A DNA stretch of 41,158 nt from Candidatus Methylomirabilales bacterium (GTDB taxonomy: Bacteria > Methylomirabilota > Methylomirabilia > Methylomirabilales > 2-02-FULL-66-22), in contig JBIOJT010000001.1 in NCBI GenBank assembly GCA_044451055.1, forward strand, positions 1 through 41,158, given 5' to 3'. Numbering within the stretch: the first letter of the stretch is position 1; each line of letters opens with the position of its first letter. The notes beneath the pieces are model-generated. The model was not told the origin of the DNA, did no database searches, and saw nothing but the letters and a program-made list of their open reading frames with translations. The translations under genes were made by a program, and so were the position numbers. Shown one piece after another: positions 19,327 through 28,212 of this stretch.

Positions 19327-19564
19327 GAACTCGCACTCGAAGGTGACGTTGCTTATTTCGCCTCCTTCCGTTCCTCCCCCCTCACTCTTCTGGCAGCCTA
19401 GAGCCCACCTTGGGCTACCAGTTGTCTATGACTTGGCGTGCTCGGTCAATAAGCGCAGGCAGGGCCTGGGCGGCAGGGTCGCTCAACCGCTCGCGGATCT
19501 GGTAGGGGCCGGCAAAGTGCTCCGGTAGTGTTTTCGTTGCTGCGAGGGGGAGGCTGGCGGCGCG

Positions 19565-20122
19565 TCAGTGTGAAGCAGTGAAGCCCTGCCGCTCCACGAA
19601 CTGCCCAAGAGTCCAGTAGGAACGGCTCCCATAGGCCAACGGGTTAGCCTTGCCCAGGTCAATTTCCCCCCGAGCGTCCAGGATCGTGTCGTCTACTTGC
19701 ACCGCCACGACCCTCCCCAGGAACAGATCATGCGAACCGAGGTGGATTGTCTGCAGCACCTGGCACTCGATATTCAGCGGGCATTCCTTGATCACGGCCG
19801 TCCGGATCACCTGCGCGGGCACGGCCGTGAGCCCCATCGCCGCAAACTTGTCTTCCGAGTGTCCGGACACGGTTCCGCACCAATCTACCACCCGAACCAT
19901 CTCCGCCGTAGGGACGTTGACGGCGAATTCGCCGGACTGTTTCACCAACCCATAGGAATAACGGGAAGGCCGGATGCTGATGCCGATGATCGGCGGCTCC
20001 GAGCAGAGGGTTCCCACCCATGCCAGCGTGATGATGTTCGGCTTGTCCGCGGGGCCGCAGGTGATGAGGCTGGGTGGAAGCGGGTAAAGGTACGTGCCGG
20101 GTTTCTTGCTGACCTTGGCCAT
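19565..20122 (-). CDS. Flavin reductase-like FMN-binding protein (flavoredoxin-like)
   Basis: 185 aa from MAKVSKKPG, preceded by GGGAGG. ...NIITLAWVG...IGISIRPSRYSYGL...FAVNV... is typical of the flavin_reduct domain. Confidence 0.8.
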   Translation of the reverse strand: MAKVSKKPGTYLYPLPPSLITCGPADKPNIITLAWVGTLCSEPPIIGISIRPSRYSYGLVKQSGEFAVNVPTAEMVRVVDWCGTVSGHSEDKFAAMGLTAVPAQVIRTAVIKECPLNIECQVLQTIHLGSHDLFLGRVVAVQVDDTILDARGEIDLGKANPLAYGSRSYWTLGQFVERQGFTASH

Positions 20123-20171
20123 GGCAGGATCAACCTCCCGAAAGATGGCCCATCCGATACTGTACTGCCAG

Positions 20172-20723
20172 TCACTCGATCCCGGGAGAATAGGACGCGC
20201 GCCGACTGCGGAAGTCTTCGGTGTCAAGGGGATCGGTGGCAGGTTCGTTCTGCTTGAGGCGGTCGTGAATCTCCCGCGCGAGGGGGCCGACGGTCGCCTG
20301 GACCGCTGGCGTCAGAGCCTCGGCGATGGTGGAGGTGTCGCCCGCCTCGACCGCGATGATCTCCACCTCTCCGGGCATCGGAATACCCATCCGCTCGGCC
20401 AGGCGGAATGCGGTGCCGACGCTCATCTCGTGGGCATTCACCAATCGTGCACAGCCCGAAACGTCATCCAAGGTTAGCCGGCACACCCGGCCTGGTTGGG
20501 GGTCGGGGAGGACGACGCAGTCAACAATGATGGCGCGGGCGTATCCACGAAGAATGTCGATCAGCTCGAAGCCCGCCCGTGTGCTGGCGAGGACGTCCAC
20601 CCCGCGTACGGGTGCCTCCGCAAGGAGGCGCTTGAGCTCGGCCGCCACGGCCAGCCCCACGCCGTCGTCGCTGACGACCGGGTTACCCAGTCCCAAGGCT
20701 ACGGTGCGTCCGCTGGTCGACAT
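20172..20723 (-). CDS. [NiFe] hydrogenase maturation endopeptidase (second copy)
   Basis: 183 aa. LGLGNPVVSDDGVG (GxGNxxxxDDGxG) and a downstream ...NAHE... metal-ligand region. Confidence 0.85.
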   Translation of the reverse strand: MSTSGRTVALGLGNPVVSDDGVGLAVAAELKRLLAEAPVRGVDVLASTRAGFELIDILRGYARAIIVDCVVLPDPQPGRVCRLTLDDVSGCARLVNAHEMSVGTAFRLAERMGIPMPGEVEIIAVEAGDTSTIAEALTPAVQATVGPLAREIHDRLKQNEPATDPLDTEDFRSRRASYSPGIE

Positions 20724-20799
20724 GACGTTTCAAGGGATGCGCCGACCCCGCCACCACGCTGCGGCCGGAAGACAGCCCGGTCGCGGAACGGATCAGATG

Positions 20800-21294
20800 T
20801 CACGCGGTCCGTACCGATGCAGCCCGCTGCCAGCCATCCAGGATCTGGCGGGCGCGCTCGACATAGCCGGAGAGCGCCCGATTCACCGCGGGGCTCAGGC
20901 CTTCTCGGATGCGGTAGAGGTCCTCCACCTCCATGGCCAGGACGCAGAGGTCCGTCGGGACCGGAATGGCCAGACACTCGGCCAGCCGAAGAACCTCGGG
21001 GAGCCCGGCATAGTGGGGGGATGGCCCAATCGTTCTGTGGAAGTCCTCGTGCGAGAATTCGAGCATGGTCCCCGCCGGATGGCGTCCCGTCAGGATCGCG
21101 TCGAGCAGGAGGGCGTGACTCCGTCCCTCCAGGAAATCGAGAAGTCCCAGGCCGGACTCGGCGGCCTCCACGACGTCGACCTCCGCGGAGCAGTGCCCGC
21201 GGAGGCGGCGGGCGGCAACGAGGCCCACCGCATCGTCGCCAAGGATGTCGTTGCCGAGGCCGAGCACCAAAATGCGCGGATGCTGCTTGGTCAC
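20800..21294 (-). CDS. [NiFe] hydrogenase maturation endopeptidase (first copy)
   Basis: 164 aa from a GTG that overlaps the mvhA stop (GTGA). LGLGNDILGDDAVG motif and ...SPHY... region. Confidence 0.85.
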   Translation of the reverse strand: MTKQHPRILVLGLGNDILGDDAVGLVAARRLRGHCSAEVDVVEAAESGLGLLDFLEGRSHALLLDAILTGRHPAGTMLEFSHEDFHRTIGPSPHYAGLPEVLRLAECLAIPVPTDLCVLAMEVEDLYRIREGLSPAVNRALSGYVERARQILDGWQRAASVRTA

Positions 21295-22754
21295 CGCCGG
21301 AGTTCCTGCACGACCTGCCCGGTCGCATCGCGGATGGACACGATCAGCGGCATCTCGCCGGGAAGCGAGTGGGTCGCGCAGCCATGGCACGGGTCGTAGG
21401 CCCGGAACGCCATCTCGATCATGTTCAAGAGGCCGTCGTCCACCTTCCCTTCATGGATGAGGCCCTTGGCGCTCTTCTCCACGCCCATCGCCATCCGCGC
21501 GGAGTTCCCCTGGGTCGCCACAATCAGATTGGCCTTCTTGATCAGACCCTTTTCGTCAGTCTCGTAGTGATGGAAAAGGGTCCCACGCGGGGCCTCGACC
21601 ACACCGATGCCCACCTTGGGCGTGGTCGTCGGGATCGTCCGGATGTTCTTGCCCGTGATGTCGGGAGCGTTCACCAGTTCCCGCATCCGCTCGGCGGCGT
21701 ACAGCATCTCGATGACCCGCGCCCAGTGGTTGGCGAGCGTGAAGTGCACAGGCTTTCCGCCGAGCGTGGCGAAGTATTCCTCGTACGCCTTCTGGGCCTC
21801 CGGGGTGGCCATCCCGTCCGCCGCGTTCAGGCGCGCCAACGGCGCCACGGAATAGATGCCGCTCTCAGGCCCGTCAATGAAGCCCTTCCAGCCGAGCGCC
21901 TTCAGGTAGCAGAACTTCACGTAGCTCCACGGCTCCACGTGCTCGGCGATATTGGCGAGGTAATGATCTGCGGGAAAACTGGTGAATTCCTTGCCGAGGG
22001 GATCCACCACCCGGATCTTCCCGTCGTAGAAATTCACCTTATTCTTCTCATCCACCATTCCCATGTAGTACGTCTTGTGGGTGTAGGTATCCGACGTGAC
22101 GAGCTTCACGTACTCGGGGTTCTTGAGGACGATGTCCTTGAACACCTGCAGCGTGAAGCGGGCGAACTCAAGACCATCTTCCGCCAGCTGCTTGAAGCCG
22201 GGCAGGTCCGCTGGATTCAGACCCTTGGAGACCCCTCCCGGCAGGCCCAGAACGGGGTGGATCACCTTCCCGCCGAAGTACGCAATCAACTCACGGAGCC
22301 GGCGGCGCATAGAAATAACCTTCTTGCCGACGTCCACGCCGACTTTTTGAATCACCCCCACGACGTTCCGCAACTCCTTGGGAGCCGTGGGTCCGACGAT
22401 GAAGTCGGGCCCTCCGAGGATGTACACGTGGAGGGCGTGATCCTCCAGCATGAAGGTGTTGTACACCAGCTCGCGGATCTTCTTCGCGGTCGGCGGCGGC
22501 TCGACATCGTAGAGGTCGTCCAGGGCCTTGGTCCCCGCCATGTGGTGGGCCGTAGGGCAGACCCCGCAGATCCGGCTCGTGATCTGGGGCATGTCCTCGG
22601 CCGGCCGGCCGATGCTGAAGATTTCGAAGCCGCGCAGCTCGGGGACCTGGAAATATGCGCGCTCCACCTCGCCCTTGGCATCCAGGAAGATGTCGATCTT
22701 GCCGTGGCCTTCCAGGCGGGTGATCGGGTCAATGGTGATAGTTCGCGTCTGCAT
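21291..22754 (-). CDS. mvhA: Cytoplasmic [NiFe] hydrogenase large subunit, Mvh/group-3-like (module 1)
   Basis: 487 aa. N-terminal RICGVCPTAH and C-terminal DPCHGCATH Ni-Fe ligand motifs, followed by a cleavable ~25-aa tail. AGGAGG RBS. Confidence 0.95.
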   Translation of the reverse strand: MQTRTITIDPITRLEGHGKIDIFLDAKGEVERAYFQVPELRGFEIFSIGRPAEDMPQITSRICGVCPTAHHMAGTKALDDLYDVEPPPTAKKIRELVYNTFMLEDHALHVYILGGPDFIVGPTAPKELRNVVGVIQKVGVDVGKKVISMRRRLRELIAYFGGKVIHPVLGLPGGVSKGLNPADLPGFKQLAEDGLEFARFTLQVFKDIVLKNPEYVKLVTSDTYTHKTYYMGMVDEKNKVNFYDGKIRVVDPLGKEFTSFPADHYLANIAEHVEPWSYVKFCYLKALGWKGFIDGPESGIYSVAPLARLNAADGMATPEAQKAYEEYFATLGGKPVHFTLANHWARVIEMLYAAERMRELVNAPDITGKNIRTIPTTTPKVGIGVVEAPRGTLFHHYETDEKGLIKKANLIVATQGNSARMAMGVEKSAKGLIHEGKVDDGLLNMIEMAFRAYDPCHGCATHSLPGEMPLIVSIRDATGQVVQELRR

Positions 22755-23748
22755 CGGTGGTCGCCTCCTTTGCCTCAGGCTGCCGGCCCACGCAGGCGCG
22801 GAGCAGGGAAGCCGCTAGGCCATACCGGTAGAACGTCCCCACCGGATCCGGAATCGTGGCGAGTGTCGCGTCAATCTCCTTCTCGTCGGTGGCGGTGAGA
22901 TTGGAGCAGAGCGAGGACATGAACTTCGCGCCCTGATCCTTGACCCGCGACGTGGGACCGAAGCAGCCGGAGCAGGGCATGTTCCCCCGAACGCAGAGTG
23001 CCTCGCAGCCGCCGCGGGTCGCCGGGCCCAGGCACAGGAATCCCTGGGCCAGGAGGCATTTCTCCGGATCCACCTCGGAGGTGTGGGGTCGCTTGAATGT
23101 CGAGAAGGACAGATCCGTCGGCTTGGTCTCTTTGCGCGGGCATTCTTCGCACAGAGCGATATCCGGGGCGAGGACGCTTCCCTTGGGCGGCGCCGTGCCC
23201 GAAAGCAGCGCGGTGAGCGCCTGCTGGAGGAGCTTCGGCGTCGGCGGACAGCCGGGCAGATAGTAATCCACCGGGATCACCTGGTCCAGCGTGCGCACGA
23301 TCTTCCAGAGTCCGGGAAGCGTGGCGGTCCGGCCGTTGTCCTGAAACCGCCGCGTGGGGTACGCCTTTTCGGCGTTCTGCGTGGAAGGGGATTCCTCGTA
23401 CACGAACTTCAGGATCTGCTCTCGACCGAACTGGTTGGCCAAGCTCGGGATCCCGCCGAGTTGGGCGCAGGCGCCGTAGGCGATGACCAGTTGACTCTTC
23501 CGGCGGAGCATACGAACCATCTCCTCCTGCTCCGTGCTGCGGATGGCGCCATTGATCAGGCTCACGAGGATTGAGCCGTCGGCCATGGCTTCGACGTCGC
23601 TCCGCTTGAAATCCATGGCCACCGGCCAAAAGATGATGTCCACGGCCTCCACGACGCCGAGGATGCCCTCGGCCAGGTCCACCACGGATTCCTCGCAGCC
23701 CCCGCAGGAGGCGCACCAGTAGAACGCAACCTTCGGCTTATCCAGCAT
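22729..23748 (-). CDS. mvhG: [NiFe] hydrogenase small subunit, Mvh/group-3-like (module 1)
   Basis: 339 aa. FYWCASCGGCEES proximal-cluster motif, no Tat signal, further Cys clusters (CLGPATRGGCEALC, CSGCFGP). Confidence 0.9.
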   Translation of the reverse strand: MLDKPKVAFYWCASCGGCEESVVDLAEGILGVVEAVDIIFWPVAMDFKRSDVEAMADGSILVSLINGAIRSTEQEEMVRMLRRKSQLVIAYGACAQLGGIPSLANQFGREQILKFVYEESPSTQNAEKAYPTRRFQDNGRTATLPGLWKIVRTLDQVIPVDYYLPGCPPTPKLLQQALTALLSGTAPPKGSVLAPDIALCEECPRKETKPTDLSFSTFKRPHTSEVDPEKCLLAQGFLCLGPATRGGCEALCVRGNMPCSGCFGPTSRVKDQGAKFMSSLCSNLTATDEKEIDATLATIPDPVGTFYRYGLAASLLRACVGRQPEAKEATTDADANYHH

Positions 23749-24274
23749 GGGTGCCGACCTCCTCCAGCTCTGCTTCGACTGCGTGCTGCAGGGGCTCCAT
23801 CTCCTGGTCCCATTCCCGGAACCGCTGGGGCAGGCCCAAGGGGCCGAGGGCCCGGACCTTCTCCACCATGTCGTTGATGACCAGCTTCACCTTCTCCCCC
23901 TCGGAGGCCGAAATCCACTCGAGACGGAAGCGATCGTCCTGGATGCCCATCCCTTGCAGGATGCGGCGGAGCATCTGGACACGCCGGATGGCCTTGTAGT
24001 TCCCTTCGACGTAGTGGCAGTCGCCGATGTGGCAGCCGCCAATGAGCACCCCGTCGGCGCCTTTGGCAAATGCGTCCAGGACGAACTGCGGGTCCACGCG
24101 CCCGGAGCACATGACCCGGATGATACGCACGTTGGGGGCATGCTTCATGCGGGAAACCCCGGCGAGATCCGCAGCGGTGTACGTGCACCAATTACAGAAA
24201 AACGCCACGATGCGCGGCTCCCATCTCGCCGGGGTCCCGTCCCCGTTATCTGGTGTTTGAATCGGCAGAGACAC
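23738..24274 (-). CDS. mvhD: MvhD/FlpD-type hydrogenase iron-sulfur subunit (module 1)
   Basis: 178 aa. FFCNWCTY...VMCSGRVD...GCHIGDCHY is the MvhD/FlpD signature. Confidence 0.9.
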   Translation of the reverse strand: MSLPIQTPDNGDGTPARWEPRIVAFFCNWCTYTAADLAGVSRMKHAPNVRIIRVMCSGRVDPQFVLDAFAKGADGVLIGGCHIGDCHYVEGNYKAIRRVQMLRRILQGMGIQDDRFRLEWISASEGEKVKLVINDMVEKVRALGPLGLPQRFREWDQEMEPLQHAVEAELEEVGTHAG

Positions 24275-24289
24275 GGTTTTTTGCCTCCC

Positions 24290-26299
24290 TTATGAGACCT
24301 GGGCCAATTCCGAGAGCAGCCCGTCGATCTCGCTGAAGATCTGTTCGTCCTCGAAGAGATTTTGCCGGATCGAGCCCGACGGACAGGCCGCCACGCAGGT
24401 GCCGCAGCCCTTGCACAGGGCCTCGTTGATGGCGGCCTTCTTCTTCTCTTCGGAGAACGTGATGGCACTATAGGGGCAGAGGGGGACGCAGGACTTGCAT
24501 CCGGAGCAATCCTCTTCGACGATGTAGGCGGTGTTCGGCTCCAGCTCCACGTGGCCGATGTCGATGAGGGCCAAGGCCTCGGCCGCCGCCGCGCCCGCCT
24601 GCGCCACGGCATCGGGGATATCGCGGGGACCCTGGCAGGCCCCGGCGATGAAGATGCCGTCCGTGAAGGTGTTCACGGGCGCGAGCTTGGGATGCCGCTC
24701 CAGGAAGAATCCCTCCGTGGAGCAGGAGATGTTGAAGAGGCGCCGGACCTCCTGGGCGTCGGCGCGGGGCTCGAGGCCCACCGCGAGGATCACCATGTCC
24801 AGGGGGATGCGGCGGACCGTCCCCACGAGCGTGTCTTCCACGCGGACCACCAGCTTCCCTTCTTCCTCGGGAGTCCGCGCCCAGTCGGTCACCTCGGCCA
24901 CGCGACCCCGGATGAAGTGGACGCCCTCCTTGAGCAGCTTGTCGTAGAACTCCTCGTAGCTCTTCCCGGGGGTCCGTATGTCGATGTAGAAGTTATAGAG
25001 CTTTGCGTCCGTGTGCTCCTTGACCAGATGAGCGAGTTTCAGGGAATACATGCAGCAAACCCGGGAGCACCACCGATTGGTCTTCTCGTCGCGGGAACCG
25101 ACGCAGTGGATGATCCCCACCGCCTTGGGCTTCCGGCCATCCCGCAGGACGACGTCCCCCCCCGTGGGTCCGGAGGCGTTGATGAGGCGTTCGACCTCCA
25201 GCGCAGTGTAGACGTTGGGGTAGATCCCGTATCCGTAGTAGGGAACGCGGGTGGCGTCGAAAGGCTGGAAGCCCGTGGCCAGGATGACCGTGCCCACCTC
25301 GATCTCTTCCGTCTCTGCTACCTGCTTGAAATCGATGGCCTTGCGATCGCAGGCCTCGACGCAGCTCTGCTTGCACTTGCCGGACTTCAGCTGGATGCAG
25401 GTGTCGGGGTCGAAGAGGACGAGCTGTGGGGTCGCCTGGGGAAACGGGATGTAGACCGGCTTGCGCTTGCTCAGGCCCTGGTTGAACTCGTCCGGGAAGC
25501 GGCCGTCCTTGTAGATGCAAGCGGTCACGCATTCCATGCAACCGACGCACAGCTCCTCGTTGATGTAGCGGGGCTTGCGCCGGACCTTGACCTTGAAGTT
25601 CCCCACGTACCCATCCACCTGGGCCACCTCGGAGTAGGTCCAGAGGGTGATGTTCGGGTGGGTCCTCACCGCCGACATCTTGGGGGTGAGGATGCAGGCG
25701 GCGCAATCCAGCGTGGGGAAGGTCTTGTCGAACATGGCCATGTGGCCACCGATGGTGGGCTCCCGCTCCACCAGGTAGACCTTCTTCCCGGCGTTGGCCA
25801 AGGTCAAGGCCGCGTGGATGCCCGCGATGCCGCCTCCGACCACCAAGACCTTGGGGTTGATGGGGACCTGCTTGCGCTCCAGGGCCTTGTGGAAGCCCAC
25901 CCGGTAGACAGCCGCGCGGATCAGGTCCTTCGCCTTCTCGGTGGCGGCCTGCTTGTCCTGATTCACCCACGAGACGTTCTCGCGGATGTTCACCATCTGG
26001 AGAAAATATGGGTTCAACCCACCCTGGGCTATCGCCTGCCGGAAGGTGTGTTCGTGGAGCAGAGGGGAGCACGACGCCACGATGATGCGGTCGAGCCGGT
26101 GATCCCGGATGTCCTGCTGGATCAACTCCTGGCCCGGGTCGGAGCACATGTACTTGTATTCGCGCGATACGACCACGCCATGGAGTCTGGCGGCGTACTC
26201 GGCCACCGCCTTGACGTCCACGACGCCAGCGATATTCGTCCCGCAATGGCAGACGTACACGCCGATGCGGGGGGTGCCGTTTCCGGTGAAGTCAGGCAT
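24290..26299 (-). CDS. hdrA: Heterodisulfide reductase subunit A (full-length HdrA flavoprotein)
   Basis: 669 aa from MPDFTG (AGGAGG RBS). N-terminal CHCG...C...C domain, GGGIAG FAD motif, FPTLDCAAC, inserted and C-terminal 2x[4Fe-4S] ferredoxin motifs, CVGSRD...CSRVCC. Confidence 0.95.
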   Translation of the reverse strand: MPDFTGNGTPRIGVYVCHCGTNIAGVVDVKAVAEYAARLHGVVVSREYKYMCSDPGQELIQQDIRDHRLDRIIVASCSPLLHEHTFRQAIAQGGLNPYFLQMVNIRENVSWVNQDKQAATEKAKDLIRAAVYRVGFHKALERKQVPINPKVLVVGGGIAGIHAALTLANAGKKVYLVEREPTIGGHMAMFDKTFPTLDCAACILTPKMSAVRTHPNITLWTYSEVAQVDGYVGNFKVKVRRKPRYINEELCVGCMECVTACIYKDGRFPDEFNQGLSKRKPVYIPFPQATPQLVLFDPDTCIQLKSGKCKQSCVEACDRKAIDFKQVAETEEIEVGTVILATGFQPFDATRVPYYGYGIYPNVYTALEVERLINASGPTGGDVVLRDGRKPKAVGIIHCVGSRDEKTNRWCSRVCCMYSLKLAHLVKEHTDAKLYNFYIDIRTPGKSYEEFYDKLLKEGVHFIRGRVAEVTDWARTPEEEGKLVVRVEDTLVGTVRRIPLDMVILAVGLEPRADAQEVRRLFNISCSTEGFFLERHPKLAPVNTFTDGIFIAGACQGPRDIPDAVAQAGAAAAEALALIDIGHVELEPNTAYIVEEDCSGCKSCVPLCPYSAITFSEEKKKAAINEALCKGCGTCVAACPSGSIRQNLFEDEQIFSEIDGLLSELAQVS

Positions 26300-27203
26300 G
26301 AACAGGTTGACCTCCTTGATGGCGGGCGAAGGCCGGCTCGGGCGACACGAACAGCCGCCGCATGCCGAGCGCCGCATCCGGGATGCCGAAGGCCTTGCCC
26401 ATGAGCTGGGTCAGATACAGGACCGGAATTCGGGTAGTATCTCGGAAGGTGCGTACGATCTCTTCCTGGTAGCATTCCAGGTTGAACTGGCAGAGGGGGC
26501 ACACGGTGATCACCACCTCGGCCCCGCGCTGGGCGGCGTCCCTGAGGAGGATCTGGCTCAGGCGCAGGCCCACGTCATGGATGGTGCCGGTCAGGGTTCC
26601 CCCGCAGCAGCGCGTCTTCAGTGGCCAGGGAATCGGCTTCGCATCCAGGGCCTCCACGAGGCGGTCCATGCTGGTGGGGTTGTGGGCCGAGTCGAAGGTG
26701 GCAAAGGGGCGCACCACCTGGCAGCCGTAGTAGCAGGCGACCTTCAGCCCGTCGAGGGAGCGTTTCATGGCTTTCCTGATCCGCGAAATGCCGATGTCGT
26801 TGACGAAGACGTCCAAGGGGTGGCGGACCTGGACAGCCCCCTGGTAATCAAGGCCGATCGCCCGGAGCCCGGCGTGGACCTGGCGGGCGAGATCCTGGTG
26901 CTGCTTGACGTAGCGCTGGGTTTTCGTCAATACCAGGAAGCAGGCGCTGCACGGTGCCACCAGCTGCGGCGCGCCCTTCTCGGGGGACTGGCGGGAGGCT
27001 TGCTCGGCCAGCGCCAGGTTCCGCGCCGCCAGACTGAAGGCTTGGGCCTCATCGATCGACATGTAGGAGGTCGCCCCGCAGCAGTTCCAGTCTTCGAGCT
27101 CCCAGAGGGGGGTGTCCAGCTCCCGGAACACGGCGAGGAGCGACTGCTCGTAGGGGCCGCCATTGCTCTTGAGGGAGCAGCCCGGATAGTACCAATAGCT
27201 CAT
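26292..27203 (-). CDS. hdrB: Heterodisulfide reductase subunit B (two CCG domains)
   Basis: 303 aa from MSYWYYPGC. Two CCG motifs (NCCGAT, RCCGGT) with partner cysteines. Start overlaps the hdrC stop (ATGA). Confidence 0.9.
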   Translation of the reverse strand: MSYWYYPGCSLKSNGGPYEQSLLAVFRELDTPLWELEDWNCCGATSYMSIDEAQAFSLAARNLALAEQASRQSPEKGAPQLVAPCSACFLVLTKTQRYVKQHQDLARQVHAGLRAIGLDYQGAVQVRHPLDVFVNDIGISRIRKAMKRSLDGLKVACYYGCQVVRPFATFDSAHNPTSMDRLVEALDAKPIPWPLKTRCCGGTLTGTIHDVGLRLSQILLRDAAQRGAEVVITVCPLCQFNLECYQEEIVRTFRDTTRIPVLYLTQLMGKAFGIPDAALGMRRLFVSPEPAFARHQGGQPVHA

Positions 27204-27847
27204 GGCGCGCTCTCCTCCGCCGCCTTGGCTGCACGCAGCAGCGTGCGAATGGTGTCCCGCTGTCGCGTCTGCTCCCGCCGGAGCGAGAGTCGGCCGGTGC
27301 GCCAGAGACGCCAGGCGACGGGCGCATTCTGGAGCATCCGCAGCGGGTTCGTCTTCAGGAAGAATCTGAGCATGATGGGCAGCTCGTTGCTGCGGCCGCC
27401 GCGTTCGACACCCCGGAAGAACTCGCGCGCCAGCACGGGGATGGAAAAGCGGCTCGGGTAGACGCCCTGGGACATGGCCTCCTGCTTCAAGGCGTACATC
27501 ACGTCGGTGATCTTGATCTCCCGAGGGCAGTCGACCGTGCAGGCGTAGCAGGAGGCGCACAGCCAGATGCTGACACAGTGTAGGACCTCATCGCGGAACC
27601 CTTCCCGGATCATGGCGATGATCTTCCGGGGGGTGTAGTCCATGTAGTGGCTGACCGGGCAGGTCCCGCTGCAGGTTCCACACTGGATGCAAGAGAATAG
27701 CTTCTCTCCGTACGCCTTGCGGGCAATGCGCTCGCCGAATCCCGGGTCAAGCTCTGATTCGTAGGCGATGTGCCGCCGAATATCCCTCGGTCCGGGAATC
27801 CGTTGGACCGGACGGGAGAAATCCCCACCGGTCATTCGCTTCAGCAT
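27200..27847 (-). CDS. hdrC: Heterodisulfide reductase subunit C (2x[4Fe-4S])
   Basis: 215 aa. CIQCGTCSGTCP and CASCYACTVDCP motifs. AGGAGG RBS. Confidence 0.9.
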   Translation of the reverse strand: MLKRMTGGDFSRPVQRIPGPRDIRRHIAYESELDPGFGERIARKAYGEKLFSCIQCGTCSGTCPVSHYMDYTPRKIIAMIREGFRDEVLHCVSIWLCASCYACTVDCPREIKITDVMYALKQEAMSQGVYPSRFSIPVLAREFFRGVERGGRSNELPIMLRFFLKTNPLRMLQNAPVAWRLWRTGRLSLRREQTRQRDTIRTLLRAAKAAEESAP

Positions 27848-27923
27848 AGGCTAGGACCTCCTTGTGCACGATGTTGGCCGCACCCTTGGGCGGCGCTATC
27901 CCGTCGAGCCATCCGGTGCTCCT

Positions 27924-27939
27924 TGTGATTAAATTCACA
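27924..27939. promoter_or_regulatory. Perfect CRP/FNR-family palindrome TGTGA-N6-TCACA upstream of hdrC
   Basis: TGTGATTAAATTCACA read directly. Its centre is ~84 nt upstream of the hdrC ATG. It was the only such site I noticed in the window. Confidence 0.55.
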
Positions 27940-28151
27940 CCCACGCGCAGACCCGTGCCGTCGCCTGGGAGTGGAGTGGTTTTGCCTGTCCGTTCCTCGT
28001 GCCTGTCCAGGCGACCGCACGAGTCCGCGGACGCTTCCCCTCATTTCCTGGTCCATTCTAGGTACGAGGGGATGGAGTGCAACGAAATAAGGGGGAATGT
28101 CCGTTCCCGCAATCATCTGGGAAAACGAACAGCAGCAGTCGTCGAGGGCGA

Positions 28152-28182
28152 GGGGGTGAGGCCCGCGGGGCCTCTGCCCCCC
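28152..28182 (-). terminator. GC-rich stem-loop downstream of the QmoC-like gene (end of the module 2 operon)
   Basis: The minus strand reads GGGGGGCAGAGGCCCCGCGGGCCTCACCCCC, with GAGGCCC/GGGCCTC and flanking G5/C5 pairing. It starts ~30 nt after the stop. There is no immediate U-tract. Confidence 0.4.
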
Positions 28183-28212
28183 GAATCGGTCCGTGTGGCG
28201 CATAGAATTGGC

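Noticed and set aside
19415-19564. About 50 codons continue in frame after the flavin-reductase TGA stop with protein-like sequence (…TLPEHFAGPYQIRERLSDPAAQALPALIDRARQVIDNW*)
   Set aside because: There is no start codon except an internal TTG. The flavin-reductase domain already ends naturally. It could be a gene remnant or chance, and I cannot support readthrough or a separate gene.
20496-22898. 800-aa + strand ORF, together with similar long ORFs at 24362-26404 (+), 34007-36232 (+), 11742-13364 (+), 5581-6720 (-), 8403-9554 (-) and 38920-40182 (-)
   Set aside because: All lie antisense to, or out of frame with, genes that have clear family motifs. Their translations are Arg/Pro/Gly/Ala-rich low-complexity sequence with no motifs. 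They are typical shadow ORFs of GC-rich DNA.
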